Positions 8,185-17,054 of a stretch of 27,802 bases of DNA are shown one piece after another. The DNA comes from a virus (taxonomy: Duplodnaviria > Caudoviricetes). Under the pieces are notes generated by a model. That model worked only from the letters and a program-made list of their open reading frames with translations, was not told the DNA's origin and made no database searches. Location: the IMG/VR virus record IMGVR_UViG_3300032303_001454, positions 1-27,802 of that record. One strand, 5' to 3'. Made by a program: the position numbers and the translations under genes. How positions within the stretch are numbered: position 1 is the first letter of the stretch; each line of letters opens with the position of its first letter.

Positions 8185-8613
8185 GTGCGACCAAAACCGA
8201 CGACAAAAGCGGCAGTTGAGCTATGGCTGAAAGCTGCTACACAAATCGTCGGTTTATCGCATTGGGAAATCTCGGTTTCTGAGGATGCCGCCCCAGATGA
8301 CGCTTGGGCTGATATTGAGCCTCATTCTCTGAACCCGTCTGCGACATTGCGGATTGGCTCAGGGTTTGATTCCCAGACCCCCGAAAAACAGACCCTTATT
8401 CTGGCGCATGAAATCTCGCACCTTATCCTGACCCCCCTAGATCGCTATACAGCTCACCTAGAGGCACAGCATGGGGCTATATGGTGGGGTGCATGGCAGC
8501 CTGGATACAACGATCACCATGAGCAGACCACAGAAGCTATTGCCCTAGCTATAGCCCCCCTATTGCCCGCCTACCCTATGCCCCTAGGGAAAGCCCCTAT
8601 AGAGCGACGATGA
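8185..8613 (+). CDS. HExxH metallopeptidase-like protein
   Basis: LAHEISHL with a downstream E; GTG 8185 follows a GAGG RBS (the track start is 8140). Confidence 0.65.
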   Translation: MRPKPTTKAAVELWLKAATQIVGLSHWEISVSEDAAPDDAWADIEPHSLNPSATLRIGSGFDSQTPEKQTLILAHEISHLILTPLDRYTAHLEAQHGAIWWGAWQPGYNDHHEQTTEAIALAIAPLLPAYPMPLGKAPIERR

Positions 8614-8909
8614 AAAGACCATGCCTCATATGTGGTAAGCCCTCAGAGGGAAGCCGCTGCGTGGCGCATACCCCTATCAGAGAGGGCTCTACAACGCGCC
8701 CCTACAATCGCAAGGCATGGAAGCGTGCCTCATTACAGGCACGTGCTGATACCCCATATTGCGAACGATGTGGGCATAGCAATCCAGCTAATCTCACAGC
8801 CGATCACATTATTCCATTGAGCAAGGGAGGCGAGGCGGTGCCAGGACCAGAGGGTATTCAGGTGCTATGCCGTGCGTGTAATAGCTCTAAAAGGGGGGGG
8901 TGGGGATGA
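8610..8909 (+). CDS. HNH endonuclease (terminase-associated, HK97 gp74-like)
   Basis: CERCG...DHIIPLSKGG...LCRACNSSK; immediately upstream of TerS. Confidence 0.9.
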   Translation: MKRPCLICGKPSEGSRCVAHTPIREGSTTRPYNRKAWKRASLQARADTPYCERCGHSNPANLTADHIIPLSKGGEAVPGPEGIQVLCRACNSSKRGGWG

Positions 8910-8987
8910 ATCTAATGAGCTCCGCACAGACTACCCAGCGCCGAGCGCTATATACACAGCCGCGAAACCCAGGGTGGGGGGTTTGCC

Positions 8988-9488
8988 GTGGGTGAGGGTG
9001 GGCGCCCGCGCATTCCGAACGAGCGAAAGCGAAAGCTGGGCAACCCTGGCAAGCGCCCATTGCCCATGGTTATCGCAGCTTTGCCGCCCCTATCCACGCC
9101 CACAATCCAGGATGCGCCGAGTACCCTGGGCGAATCTGGGCGCGCCTTGTGGGTGCGAGTCGCCCAACACGCACGCACGTGGGTGAGCGAGTCCGATCTG
9201 GAAGCGCTACGCTTGCTGGCAGAGGCAGCTGATCGCCGAGCTGAGTTGATCGCACGGCTGGCGAACGACGGCTGGGTGCTCTACACCGACAAGGGATACG
9301 CCTACCAGCACCCGCTGGCGGGATTGTTGCAGCAGACAGAAACGGAGATGCGAAGGTGGATGGCAACCCTGGGGCTGACGCCCAGCGACCGAAGCAAGCT
9401 CGGCGTCGCCGAGGTGAAGGCACGCAGCGCGCTGGAGGAGCTGGCAGCCCGACGGACGGCGCACCTGGACAAAGCCAAGGGAGCGTAG
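8988..9488 (+). CDS. terS: Terminase small subunit (P27 family)
   Basis: GNPGKRPL, HPL and LGLTPSDRSKL motifs. Confidence 0.9.
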   Translation: MGEGGRPRIPNERKRKLGNPGKRPLPMVIAALPPLSTPTIQDAPSTLGESGRALWVRVAQHARTWVSESDLEALRLLAEAADRRAELIARLANDGWVLYTDKGYAYQHPLAGLLQQTETEMRRWMATLGLTPSDRSKLGVAEVKARSALEELAARRTAHLDKAKGA

Positions 9489-10981
9489 CTGGCTACCCGC
9501 CCGCCTGGTTGTCGCCCGCGACGAACGACGAGCTGAGCCGTGGCGACGGCATCCTCGTCCGCGAGTTCCTGGGCGCCAAGGCAAAGATCACCAAAGACAG
9601 CATCGCTGGTCCAGCTGGCGCGCCCCTGGTTTTGCGTGGCTGGCAGTCCGCCTTAGTGGACCATGCCTTTGCCCGACGAGCCGACGGTCGGCGCAAGCAT
9701 CGGATCATGTATGCGGGACTTCCCCGAAAGTCTGGCAAGTCTGCCCTGGCTGCGGGCATTGCCCTGTACGGACTCGTCATGGAGGGGCAAGGGATGGAGG
9801 TGTTCAGCTGCGCCGCCGACAAGGATCAGAGTCGCTTGGTCTTTGGCGCCGCCAAGCGCATGGTGGAGATGGACGAGGAGTTGAGCACACGGCTCAAGCT
9901 GTACCGTGACGCGATTGAGGACACCGTGTCGGGCTCGGTCTACCGTGCCCTCAGCTCAGAAGCGTTCACCAAGGAAGGGCTCTCGCCGACGCTGGTCGTC
10001 TACGACGAGCTGCACGCCGCGCCGAACCGCGAGCTCTTTGACGTCATGTCGCTGGCGATGGGCGCCCGTCCCGAGCCGATGCTCCTGGCGATCACCACAG
10101 CTGGCGCCAAGTCCGACACCACGGGCAAAGACAGCATTGCCTACACCATGTACCAGTACGGATTGCAGGTTGCCAAAGGCGAGGTGAAAGACCCGAGCTT
10201 TGGCTTTGCGTGGTGGGAGGCGCCCGACGGAACTGACCATCGTGACCCCAAGACCTGGGCAGTCGCCAACCCTGGACTCGGCGACATTAGCGACCAAGAG
10301 GACTTTGCCTCAGCCCTGCTCCGCACACCCGAGGCGGAGTTCCGCACCAAGCGCCTGAACATCTGGACCTCGGGCACGACGACCTGGCTGCCAGCTGGGG
10401 CGTGGGCGGCACGAGCTGTGCCACGCAAGATTGAGCCTGGCGAGTCGGTTATCCTGTCGTTTGACGGCAGCTTCTCCAACGACTGCACGGCGATCTGTGG
10501 CGTGACCCTGGACGGGCACGTGGAGTTGCTGGCAATCTGGGAGCGCCGCATGGACGACCCCCACTACGAGGTGCCGATTGACGAGGTTGAGGAAAAGATG
10601 CGCGAGCTGTGCAGGACCTACGACGTGCTGGAAGTCGCCGCCGATCCGTACCGCTGGGCGCGCACGCTGCAAGCGTGGGAGTCCGAGGGAATCCCCGTGG
10701 TCGTCTATCCGCAGAACCCTGCCCGCATGGTGCCAGCTTGTGCCCTGTTCATGTCTGCCGTCACCCAGGGGGAGTTGACGCACGATGGCAACCCGATCCT
10801 GGAGCGCCACCTGGACAACACAACCGTAAAGCTGGACCGCTGGGGACCGCGCATCGTGAAGGAACACAAGGGGAGTCCCCGCAAGATTGACGCTGCGGTG
10901 TGTGCGGTCATGGCGTATGATCGCAGCAGGTACCATGCCACCGTTGGGAAGGCAGACACCGTTAGCGTGGAGATGTTCTGA
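9485..10981 (+). CDS. terL: Terminase large subunit (start codon uncertain)
   Basis: Walker A PRKSGKS, Walker B VVYDELH, ITTAG, nuclease FDGS..D and KIDAAV. Confidence 0.93.
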   Translation, partial: VAGYPPAWLSPATNDELSRGDGILVREFLGAKAKITKDSIAGPAGAPLVLRGWQSALVDHAFARRADGRRKHRIMYAGLPRKSGKSALAAGIALYGLVMEGQGMEVFSCAADKDQSRLVFGAAKRMVEMDEELSTRLKLYRDAIEDTVSGSVYRALSSEAFTKEGLSPTLVVYDELHAAPNRELFDVMSLAMGARPEPMLLAITTAGAKSDTTGKDSIAYTMYQYGLQVAKGEVKDPSFGFAWWEAPDGTDHRDPKTWAVANPGLGDISDQEDFASALLRTPEAEFRTKRLNIWTSGTTTWLPAGAWAARAVPRKIEPGESVILSFDGSFSNDCTAICGVTLDGHVELLAIWERRMDDPHYEVPIDEVEEKMRELCRTYDVLEVAADPYRWARTLQAWESEGIPVVVYPQNPARMVPACALFMSAVTQGELTHDGNPILERHLDNTTVKLDRWGPRIVKEHKGSPRKIDAAVCAVMAYDRSRYHATVGKADTVSVEMF

Positions 10982-11130
10982 TGAAGTTAGGCAACGTTTC
11001 AACAGCCCTTGAGCTAGTAGGATTCGGGCTCATCGTCTTGGCAGTCGCCATGATCGCGGTGCCAGTGGCAGTCGCAGTCGCGGGCGTATGTCTAGTCGCC
11101 ATTGGTTTCAACCTGGAGCCTAGCAAGTGA
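10981..11130 (+). CDS. Small two-TM membrane protein between TerL and portal (49 aa), not in the ORF track
   Basis: MKLGNVSTALELVGFGLIVLAVAMIAVPVAVAVAGVCLVAIGFNLEPSK; TGATG and GTGA coupling. Confidence 0.75.
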   Translation: MKLGNVSTALELVGFGLIVLAVAMIAVPVAVAVAGVCLVAIGFNLEPSK

Positions 11131-12398
11131 GCATTCTCCGACGAGTTCTCGGCAACAACGGCGAGCGCCGCGCCCTCACCCGCATTGGCGGGTACGTTCC
11201 GTTTGACCGCATCCCGAATCTGGAAGGCGGCTCTGGCGTAGACACCGCCATGAAGTTGACCGCCTACACAGCTGGGGTGCGTTTGCTGGCGGACTCCCTT
11301 AGTAGCCTCCCCGTGGATTCCTTTGTGCGCCGCGACGGTGAGCGCAAGCCGTACCGACCAAAGCCGACCTGGTTGACCAAACCCGACCCGCGCAACGAAA
11401 CCCAGACGTTCCAGTCGCTCGTTAGCCAGGCAGTCGTTAGCCTTTACACCGACGGCAACCTGTTCCTTGCGACCATGCGCTCAGCCGACGGCGAGGTCCA
11501 GGAGCTGCGAGTCCTGAACCCAGCCGAAATCACCATTGAGCGCAACGCCGACGGCAGTCCCCGCTACCTGAAGCGCACGAGCAAGGGCGGCGTGGAGGTC
11601 TTTAGCCAGGACGAGATCAAGCACGTAGCGCTTATGCGACTACCTGGCGAGGAGCGCGGCATTGACTTGTTGTCTGCCAACTCCCAGGCACTGATCCAGG
11701 GCATCGCAGTTGAGGACTATGCCAGCGCCTTTTTTGAGAATGCCAGCAACCCGTCGGGAGTCGTATCGCTTCCGCCGACAATCAAGCCCGAGGTAGCTGA
11801 GTCTATCCGCGACCAGATCAAGCGCAACACCACCAAGAGCAAGCAATGGTCAGTCGCCGTGCTGAGCGGCGGCGCGCAGTGGCAGAGCCTTGGTGGGATC
11901 AACGCCGAGCAAGCCCAGCTGCTGAGTACTCGCAGCTTCACCGTGCTCCAGGTCTGCCGCATTCTCCGAGTTCCTCCGTTCATGCTTGGGATTACCGACC
12001 CAGGCGCCATGAGCTACAGCTCAGTGGAAGCGCAATCGCTAGGGTTCATCCGCGACACCCTGCGCCCTTTGGCTGGGCTTTTGGAGTCGGCGTTTAGCTC
12101 GCTGATCCTCAATGAAGCTGCATTTGTCAAGTTCAACTTTGAGGGGATGCTGCGTGGCGAGGCGTCTGGGCGCGCCTCATTTTACTCAACCATGGCTCAG
12201 GCGGGTTTTATCAGCACGAATGAGGTCCGCAAGCTGGAGGACCTACCGCCGATTGAAGGTGGGGACTTTTACCGCACGAGCCTGGCGGATGCGCCGAGCA
12301 TCACTGTTGCCGAGTTGAACAGCAAGGCGTCGCTGCTCAAGGGACTTGTGGACGCTGGCATTGAGCTTGAGGAAGCTAGAAAGTTGGTGGGCATCTAA
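11127..12398 (+). CDS. Portal protein, HK97 family
   Basis: LADSLSSLP, GNLF, FFENASNPSG, ILRVPPFMLG and STNEVRKLEDLPPIEGGD. Confidence 0.93.
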   Translation: MSILRRVLGNNGERRALTRIGGYVPFDRIPNLEGGSGVDTAMKLTAYTAGVRLLADSLSSLPVDSFVRRDGERKPYRPKPTWLTKPDPRNETQTFQSLVSQAVVSLYTDGNLFLATMRSADGEVQELRVLNPAEITIERNADGSPRYLKRTSKGGVEVFSQDEIKHVALMRLPGEERGIDLLSANSQALIQGIAVEDYASAFFENASNPSGVVSLPPTIKPEVAESIRDQIKRNTTKSKQWSVAVLSGGAQWQSLGGINAEQAQLLSTRSFTVLQVCRILRVPPFMLGITDPGAMSYSSVEAQSLGFIRDTLRPLAGLLESAFSSLILNEAAFVKFNFEGMLRGEASGRASFYSTMAQAGFISTNEVRKLEDLPPIEGGDFYRTSLADAPSITVAELNSKASLLKGLVDAGIELEEARKLVGI

Positions 12399-12655
12399 TG
12401 GGAGTCGGGTCGCGCCAAGTATCCGTATTGACTACGCCGACGCTGCTGGTCGGAGCGACGCCGTCGCCAAAGACCGTGATTATTGGCGGGGCAAGCTTGG
12501 CATCCGTGCACATTGGCGGTCCCGACGTGACAACTGCAAATGGAGTCCACGGTGATCACATGGATGGGGTTTCTATTAGGCTTGGGCAAGACGACGCGCT
12601 TTACGCAGTCCATGCCAGCGGCACCGACACCGTTGAAGTTCTGATTATAAGCTAG
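12398..12655 (+). CDS. Small beta-rich hypothetical virion protein
   Basis: TAATG coupling to portal; VHIGGPDVTTANG...LYAV. Confidence 0.7.
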   Translation: MGVGSRQVSVLTTPTLLVGATPSPKTVIIGGASLASVHIGGPDVTTANGVHGDHMDGVSIRLGQDDALYAVHASGTDTVEVLIIS

Positions 12656-12662
12656 GTGCGCG

Positions 12663-14657
12663 ATGCCATATGACATCGCCAAAGACTTTGAGGGCTGCGC
12701 GTATGCCGTCGTCAAGACTGTTGGTGGCAAGCGCGAGCTAGTTCCAGGCGGCTGCCATCCAAGCGCAGTCGCAGCTGGCAAGCACCTGGCTGCCTTGGAG
12801 ATTGCTACCAAAAACGAGTACCGCGCAGCTGGCGAGTGGGTCATTGTGGACATTGACGGAACACTGACCATGCGCGACGGCAGCGACGAGCCACGCCAGT
12901 CGCTGATTGACTGGATGAAGGGCAGCAGCTATAGCTTTGCCATCGTGTCAGCTCGTCCCGATTCTCGCTTGGCTGAAAGTCGCGCCTGGCTGGAGTCCAA
13001 CGACGTACCGCACAGTTCAGTCAGCCTGTCCAACTTGCCATCTGGACCCAATGCTGGTCGGGCATTCAAGCGCGGAAAGGCGGCGTCGCTACTCAAGAGC
13101 CACAAGGTTGTCATGGCGATTGACAACGACGAGGGAGCCCGCAGCGCTTACTCCAGCCTTGGGATCAAAGCTGTGGGTCCAACGTCGGTGCGCCAACTAG
13201 ACTTTGACTACGAGCTGCGGCATCCTGGTCATGGGGATCAAAGCGTGCACAGCCCGCACAAGCACAAGGGCGGGGGCGCAGCCGTAGCCAGCGACTTGGC
13301 AGCTGGGCGGGAAGTTACCGTAGCTGGGCGGGACTTGCCAGATGCGTTTGACGCCATGGCGAACGGGGACGGCGGGGTAAACCTGAACCGACTTAGCACA
13401 ACGGACGGGGTAAGCTTTGCTGCGACGGGCGTCAAAGTGCCCCGAGCTGAGATGCCCCAGGTCCCTGGCTCCAAAAAGGCGGAGTTTATTGCTGAGCTGG
13501 ATACCAAGGGCGTCAAGTCAACGCGCGAATCCGTAGACCCTAAGAGCTTGAAGCCGATCCAGTCGGAGATCAGCGGGCAAAAGTCTGGGCAGATGCTTCA
13601 GTCCATGCGCGAAGGCAAGCTGCTAGAGGGCGACAACCCGCTCATCGTCAGCAGGGACGGCTTTGTTGTAGACGGTCATCACCGCTGGGCGGCTGCCGTA
13701 GCCCGCAGCTATGAAGTCCCCGTGGCGCTGCCCGTGCTGCGCATTGACATGGATGCCGCCCAGCTGCTCGGAGAGGTCAAGTCGTTTGCCGAAGCACAGT
13801 CCATCCCAGCTCGTGTGTTTGACCGAGCTGTGGACTTCAACTACGAGCTGCGCCATCCTGGGCATCCAGATCAGTCCGTGCACAATCCGCACAAGGGCGG
13901 GGGCGCGTACGCTCCTGGCGCATGGAAGCCCGTGTCAAAAGAGGAGATTGCAGCAAGCGACCGCAAGGTCGTTGCAGATGCAATGCGAAAGTATGCGCCA
14001 CCAGACTGGGACGGCAACCCAGATACGTTGACGGGGCATCATGAGATTACGTTTCATGCTCTGTCGGCAAAATACGCACTGGAACGGCAAGCTCACGGGG
14101 CGGTTTACCAAAATGGACACGTGACTGTAAGAATGCCTGGACCGCCGACGCAGCAAGCCCTTACCAAGGCGCAGGAAACACAGTTTCTGGCTGACGTTGA
14201 CAAGGGGTTGGCGCTTACGCCAGGCGGGATGGTCGGTAAAGATTTCCCGCTAGACGTTGCAGTAGTTGACATGAAAAATCTCGGCGAATGGGTCGGCGGA
14301 AGGGAAGGCGGACTTATCCGAATAAAGCGATCCGTGTTTGATGCCGAGCCGTTGGCGAACACGCCAAAGGCGTTCAAGATCAGCAAAGGCGCTATAGAGC
14401 CTTGGCACCCAGTGCAGGTGACTAACCAGCGCGACATCTTTGCCACAGTAGCTCACGAGATCGGTCATGCTACTGAGGACTTTGGAGTCAAACAGTTTGG
14501 CGTGGTGAGGCTTGCTCGTGGAGTTCCGTACATCAGCGCCTACGCTCGCAAAAACTTCTCAGAGCGGTACGCGGAGCATTTCAGCGCATGGGCTTTAGGG
14601 GATACGAGTCCAGCTACTCTGTACCTAGCTAAAAAGCATGAATGGAGGGCGCCATAA
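12663..14657 (+). CDS. Multidomain head-module polyprotein: N-domain, HAD phosphatase, tag + ParB-like domain, tag + zincin metallopeptidase
   Basis: VIVDIDGTL/IVSAR/AIDND (HAD); LKPIQSEI...VVDGHHRWAA (ParB/Srx-like); AHEIGH...ISAYA...ERYAE (zincin); two HPGH tag copies. Confidence 0.8.
   Translation: MPYDIAKDFEGCAYAVVKTVGGKRELVPGGCHPSAVAAGKHLAALEIATKNEYRAAGEWVIVDIDGTLTMRDGSDEPRQSLIDWMKGSSYSFAIVSARPDSRLAESRAWLESNDVPHSSVSLSNLPSGPNAGRAFKRGKAASLLKSHKVVMAIDNDEGARSAYSSLGIKAVGPTSVRQLDFDYELRHPGHGDQSVHSPHKHKGGGAAVASDLAAGREVTVAGRDLPDAFDAMANGDGGVNLNRLSTTDGVSFAATGVKVPRAEMPQVPGSKKAEFIAELDTKGVKSTRESVDPKSLKPIQSEISGQKSGQMLQSMREGKLLEGDNPLIVSRDGFVVDGHHRWAAAVARSYEVPVALPVLRIDMDAAQLLGEVKSFAEAQSIPARVFDRAVDFNYELRHPGHPDQSVHNPHKGGGAYAPGAWKPVSKEEIAASDRKVVADAMRKYAPPDWDGNPDTLTGHHEITFHALSAKYALERQAHGAVYQNGHVTVRMPGPPTQQALTKAQETQFLADVDKGLALTPGGMVGKDFPLDVAVVDMKNLGEWVGGREGGLIRIKRSVFDAEPLANTPKAFKISKGAIEPWHPVQVTNQRDIFATVAHEIGHATEDFGVKQFGVVRLARGVPYISAYARKNFSERYAEHFSAWALGDTSPATLYLAKKHEWRAP
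13200..13271 (+). repeat. Peptide tag copy 1: DFDYELR-HPGHGDQSVHSPHKHKG
   Basis: Direct translation. Confidence 0.95.
13833..13898 (+). repeat. Peptide tag copy 2: DFNYELR-HPGHPDQSVHNPHKG
   Basis: Direct translation. Confidence 0.95.
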
Positions 14658-15680
14658 ATGGTTACTGAGTCGTTTCTACCAGAGGACCAGATTCCGTCCT
14701 GCGTTGATCATGGACCGTACGACCAAATGCCAATGGGCGCGCTTGCCAGCCTTGCAGTCGGCGGCGATGAAAAAGCGTACGCCGAGTTCTCGCGGCGAGT
14801 AGCACGTGGCGAGCGACAACTGGACTACGACTACGAGCTACGCCACCCTGGTCATGCTGACCAATCCGTCCACAATCCACACAAGGGCGGGGCAGCTGGA
14901 CCTGGCGCGTTTGTGCCTGGCAAGTGGGTTGAGCAGCCGCAGCTGACCAGCGAGCAGCATTTGGAAAAGGTAAGAGCCAGCTACACCGCTGGCTTTGCGG
15001 GGAAAACCTACTCGCCTGAGCAGCAAGCCCACATTGACTCCAACGTTCAACAGATTGCTGACCTTACGTATCCGAGCGAAGTCAGCCATGTCACTTACAA
15101 AAACGGACCAGTAACTATGCGCGTAGATAAAAGCGCCGCCGTCCCCTTGACGCCAGAAATGCAAGCCCGCATGGACAAGGTAACGGCAGACGTGCAAGCT
15201 AAATACCCTGGGCAGATGGAGTACGAGTGGACAAACCTAGATGGAAATGAAAGCAACGCGATTGGCGCTTCCAGGCTGGGGTCCCGATACATTGCGTTTG
15301 ACTCAGCCAAGATGGAGAAATACAAAGACGAAAAAGGCGGGCTTGAGCACACGGTCTGGCACGAAACTGGTCACGCTTTGCCTATGAAGGGAGCTGAGGA
15401 CGCCCCTGGGGGATTCCAAATCCTGCCCGAGGTTGAGGGGACTATTGACGGCTACGCACTCCAGGTTGCACGCAAATACCCACGCGAGTTCAGCATTGGT
15501 TATGTCTCTGAGGGACCGTCTGGTAACCTAGCTACCATGATCAGCCGATACGCCACCAAAGACAAAGCCGAAATGCACGCTGAAATCTTTGCGTTGTTCC
15601 ATAATCCACAACCAAATACTGGTAAGTTCAAGCAAGACATCATCAACGAATACGGCAAAGCTGCGGGGTGGAAACCATGA
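14658..15680 (+). CDS. Short N-peptide, then tag + zincin metallopeptidase
   Basis: WHETGH...ISRYA...EMHAEIF; carries tag copy 3. Confidence 0.8.
   Translation: MVTESFLPEDQIPSCVDHGPYDQMPMGALASLAVGGDEKAYAEFSRRVARGERQLDYDYELRHPGHADQSVHNPHKGGAAGPGAFVPGKWVEQPQLTSEQHLEKVRASYTAGFAGKTYSPEQQAHIDSNVQQIADLTYPSEVSHVTYKNGPVTMRVDKSAAVPLTPEMQARMDKVTADVQAKYPGQMEYEWTNLDGNESNAIGASRLGSRYIAFDSAKMEKYKDEKGGLEHTVWHETGHALPMKGAEDAPGGFQILPEVEGTIDGYALQVARKYPREFSIGYVSEGPSGNLATMISRYATKDKAEMHAEIFALFHNPQPNTGKFKQDIINEYGKAAGWKP
14823..14888 (+). repeat. Peptide tag copy 3: DYDYELR-HPGHADQSVHNPHKG
   Basis: Direct translation. Confidence 0.95.
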
Positions 15681-16816
15681 CCAGTCCATTTGACGAGCTA
15701 GGAATCAGCGACGTTGTGCTTGGGGAGCCCAAGACCAGGGCTGAGGCGGTAGCTATGTGGTTCAACGACCCAGTCCGACTCCAGCAGTGGTTGGACGAGC
15801 AGGACGGGCTGCGCTGGGTCATGTGGGACTATGAGCTCCGCCATCCTGGTCACCCCGACCAGTCCGTGCACAATCCGCACAAGGGGCGCGGAGCTGGTTC
15901 TGGACTTGGCGAGCACGTGCCTGGAGTCAAGCGACCTGGCGCTGGCGACGACGTTCCATTCCCAGAAAAAGGCAGCAAGGATTACGACGAGTTCATGGCG
16001 GGCTCTATGCGCGAGCACGTAGTCCTAGACGCCCAGGGCAATATCACTGGGTTTACTCCAGAGCGCCAGGCGCTGCACGACAAGATTGTTGCCGACCATG
16101 TGCTTGGCGTAGCGCCAGCCGAGGGTCAGCCAGAGCTCATCATGATGGGCGGCGGATCGGGAGCTGGTAAGTCAACGTTGCTCAGGAGCGGCAAGGTTGA
16201 CGGGATGCCCGAGGAGGGCGCCAAGACGCACGTCATGATCAACCCAGACGACATCAAGACGGGCGAGAACGGCAAAACCGCGCTGCCTGAGTTCAAGGAG
16301 CGGGTTATGGGCACCGACAAGGCTGCGGGAGAGGGCGCAGCTGGCTTTGTGCACGAGGAGTCGTCGTACCTCGGCAAGCGCATCCAGGCGGCGGCGATTG
16401 AGCGTAGGCAAAGCATCGTCTTGGACGGGACTGGCGACTCTAGCGAAGTAAAGCTAGGCGGCAAGATTGCCGAAGCCAGGGCATCTGGGTACAAGGTGAG
16501 GGGCGTGTACGTCACCGTGCCAACCGAGGTTGCCGTCGCGCGCGTACGCACGCGAGGGGCAACGCCACTGTATGAGGGAGCAAACTACGGGCGTGTCGTT
16601 GCCGACAGCGTAACCAGGGACATTCATATCTCCGTGTCGCGCGTGCTGCCAAAAGTTGTAGAGAAGGGGCTGTTTGACTCGCTTGAAGTCTGGGACAACA
16701 GCGGCGGCAGTCCCGTGCTAATCTTTAGCTCAGCCAAGGGCGGTCCTACGCGCGGCGGGCTATGGAAGGGATTTGTGGCAAAGGGATTTGAGAAGCTATC
16801 AACCGAGAAGCCGTAG
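15677..16816 (+). CDS. Short N-peptide, then tag + zeta-toxin-like P-loop kinase
   Basis: MGGGSGAGKST, INPDDIK, VHEES, IVLDGT and VWDNS; ATGA overlap start at 15677. Confidence 0.8.
   Translation: MTSPFDELGISDVVLGEPKTRAEAVAMWFNDPVRLQQWLDEQDGLRWVMWDYELRHPGHPDQSVHNPHKGRGAGSGLGEHVPGVKRPGAGDDVPFPEKGSKDYDEFMAGSMREHVVLDAQGNITGFTPERQALHDKIVADHVLGVAPAEGQPELIMMGGGSGAGKSTLLRSGKVDGMPEEGAKTHVMINPDDIKTGENGKTALPEFKERVMGTDKAAGEGAAGFVHEESSYLGKRIQAAAIERRQSIVLDGTGDSSEVKLGGKIAEARASGYKVRGVYVTVPTEVAVARVRTRGATPLYEGANYGRVVADSVTRDIHISVSRVLPKVVEKGLFDSLEVWDNSGGSPVLIFSSAKGGPTRGGLWKGFVAKGFEKLSTEKP
15827..15886 (+). repeat. Peptide tag copy 4: DYELR-HPGHPDQSVHNPHKG
   Basis: Direct translation. Confidence 0.95.
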
Positions 16817-16829
16817 GAGGCGAAGTAAG

Positions 16830-17039
16830 ATGGCAGAGGCACTGACAGGCGACGACACGATCCAGATTCTCAAGGGCGTGCTCTACGGCTTCAGGAAAGA
16901 GCAAGTTCCCCAAGCGCTGAGCGCGGAAGGCGGAGCTTTGTGGGATACACTGACAGCTGAGCGGGACGCTGGCGGCGCAATAATGGACATTCCGTCAGAC
17001 TTCCCAGATATGTCGGGAGTCAAGTACCACAAACTGTAA
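16830..17039 (+). CDS. Small acidic protein, candidate inhibitor of the zeta-like kinase
   Basis: GGAGG RBS; 69 aa and acidic; function inferred from position only. Confidence 0.6.
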   Translation: MAEALTGDDTIQILKGVLYGFRKEQVPQALSAEGGALWDTLTAERDAGGAIMDIPSDFPDMSGVKYHKL

Positions 17040-17054
17040 CAATAGGGGAGAACG

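Noticed and set aside
13280-13820. ParB as a plasmid partition system
   Set aside because: Only the ParB/Srx-like catalytic domain is present, embedded in a head-module polyprotein, with no ParA or HTH.
12663-14657. Canonical MuF (SPP1 gp7) minor head protein
   Set aside because: I could not recognise MuF motifs such as the C-terminal HPNCRC.
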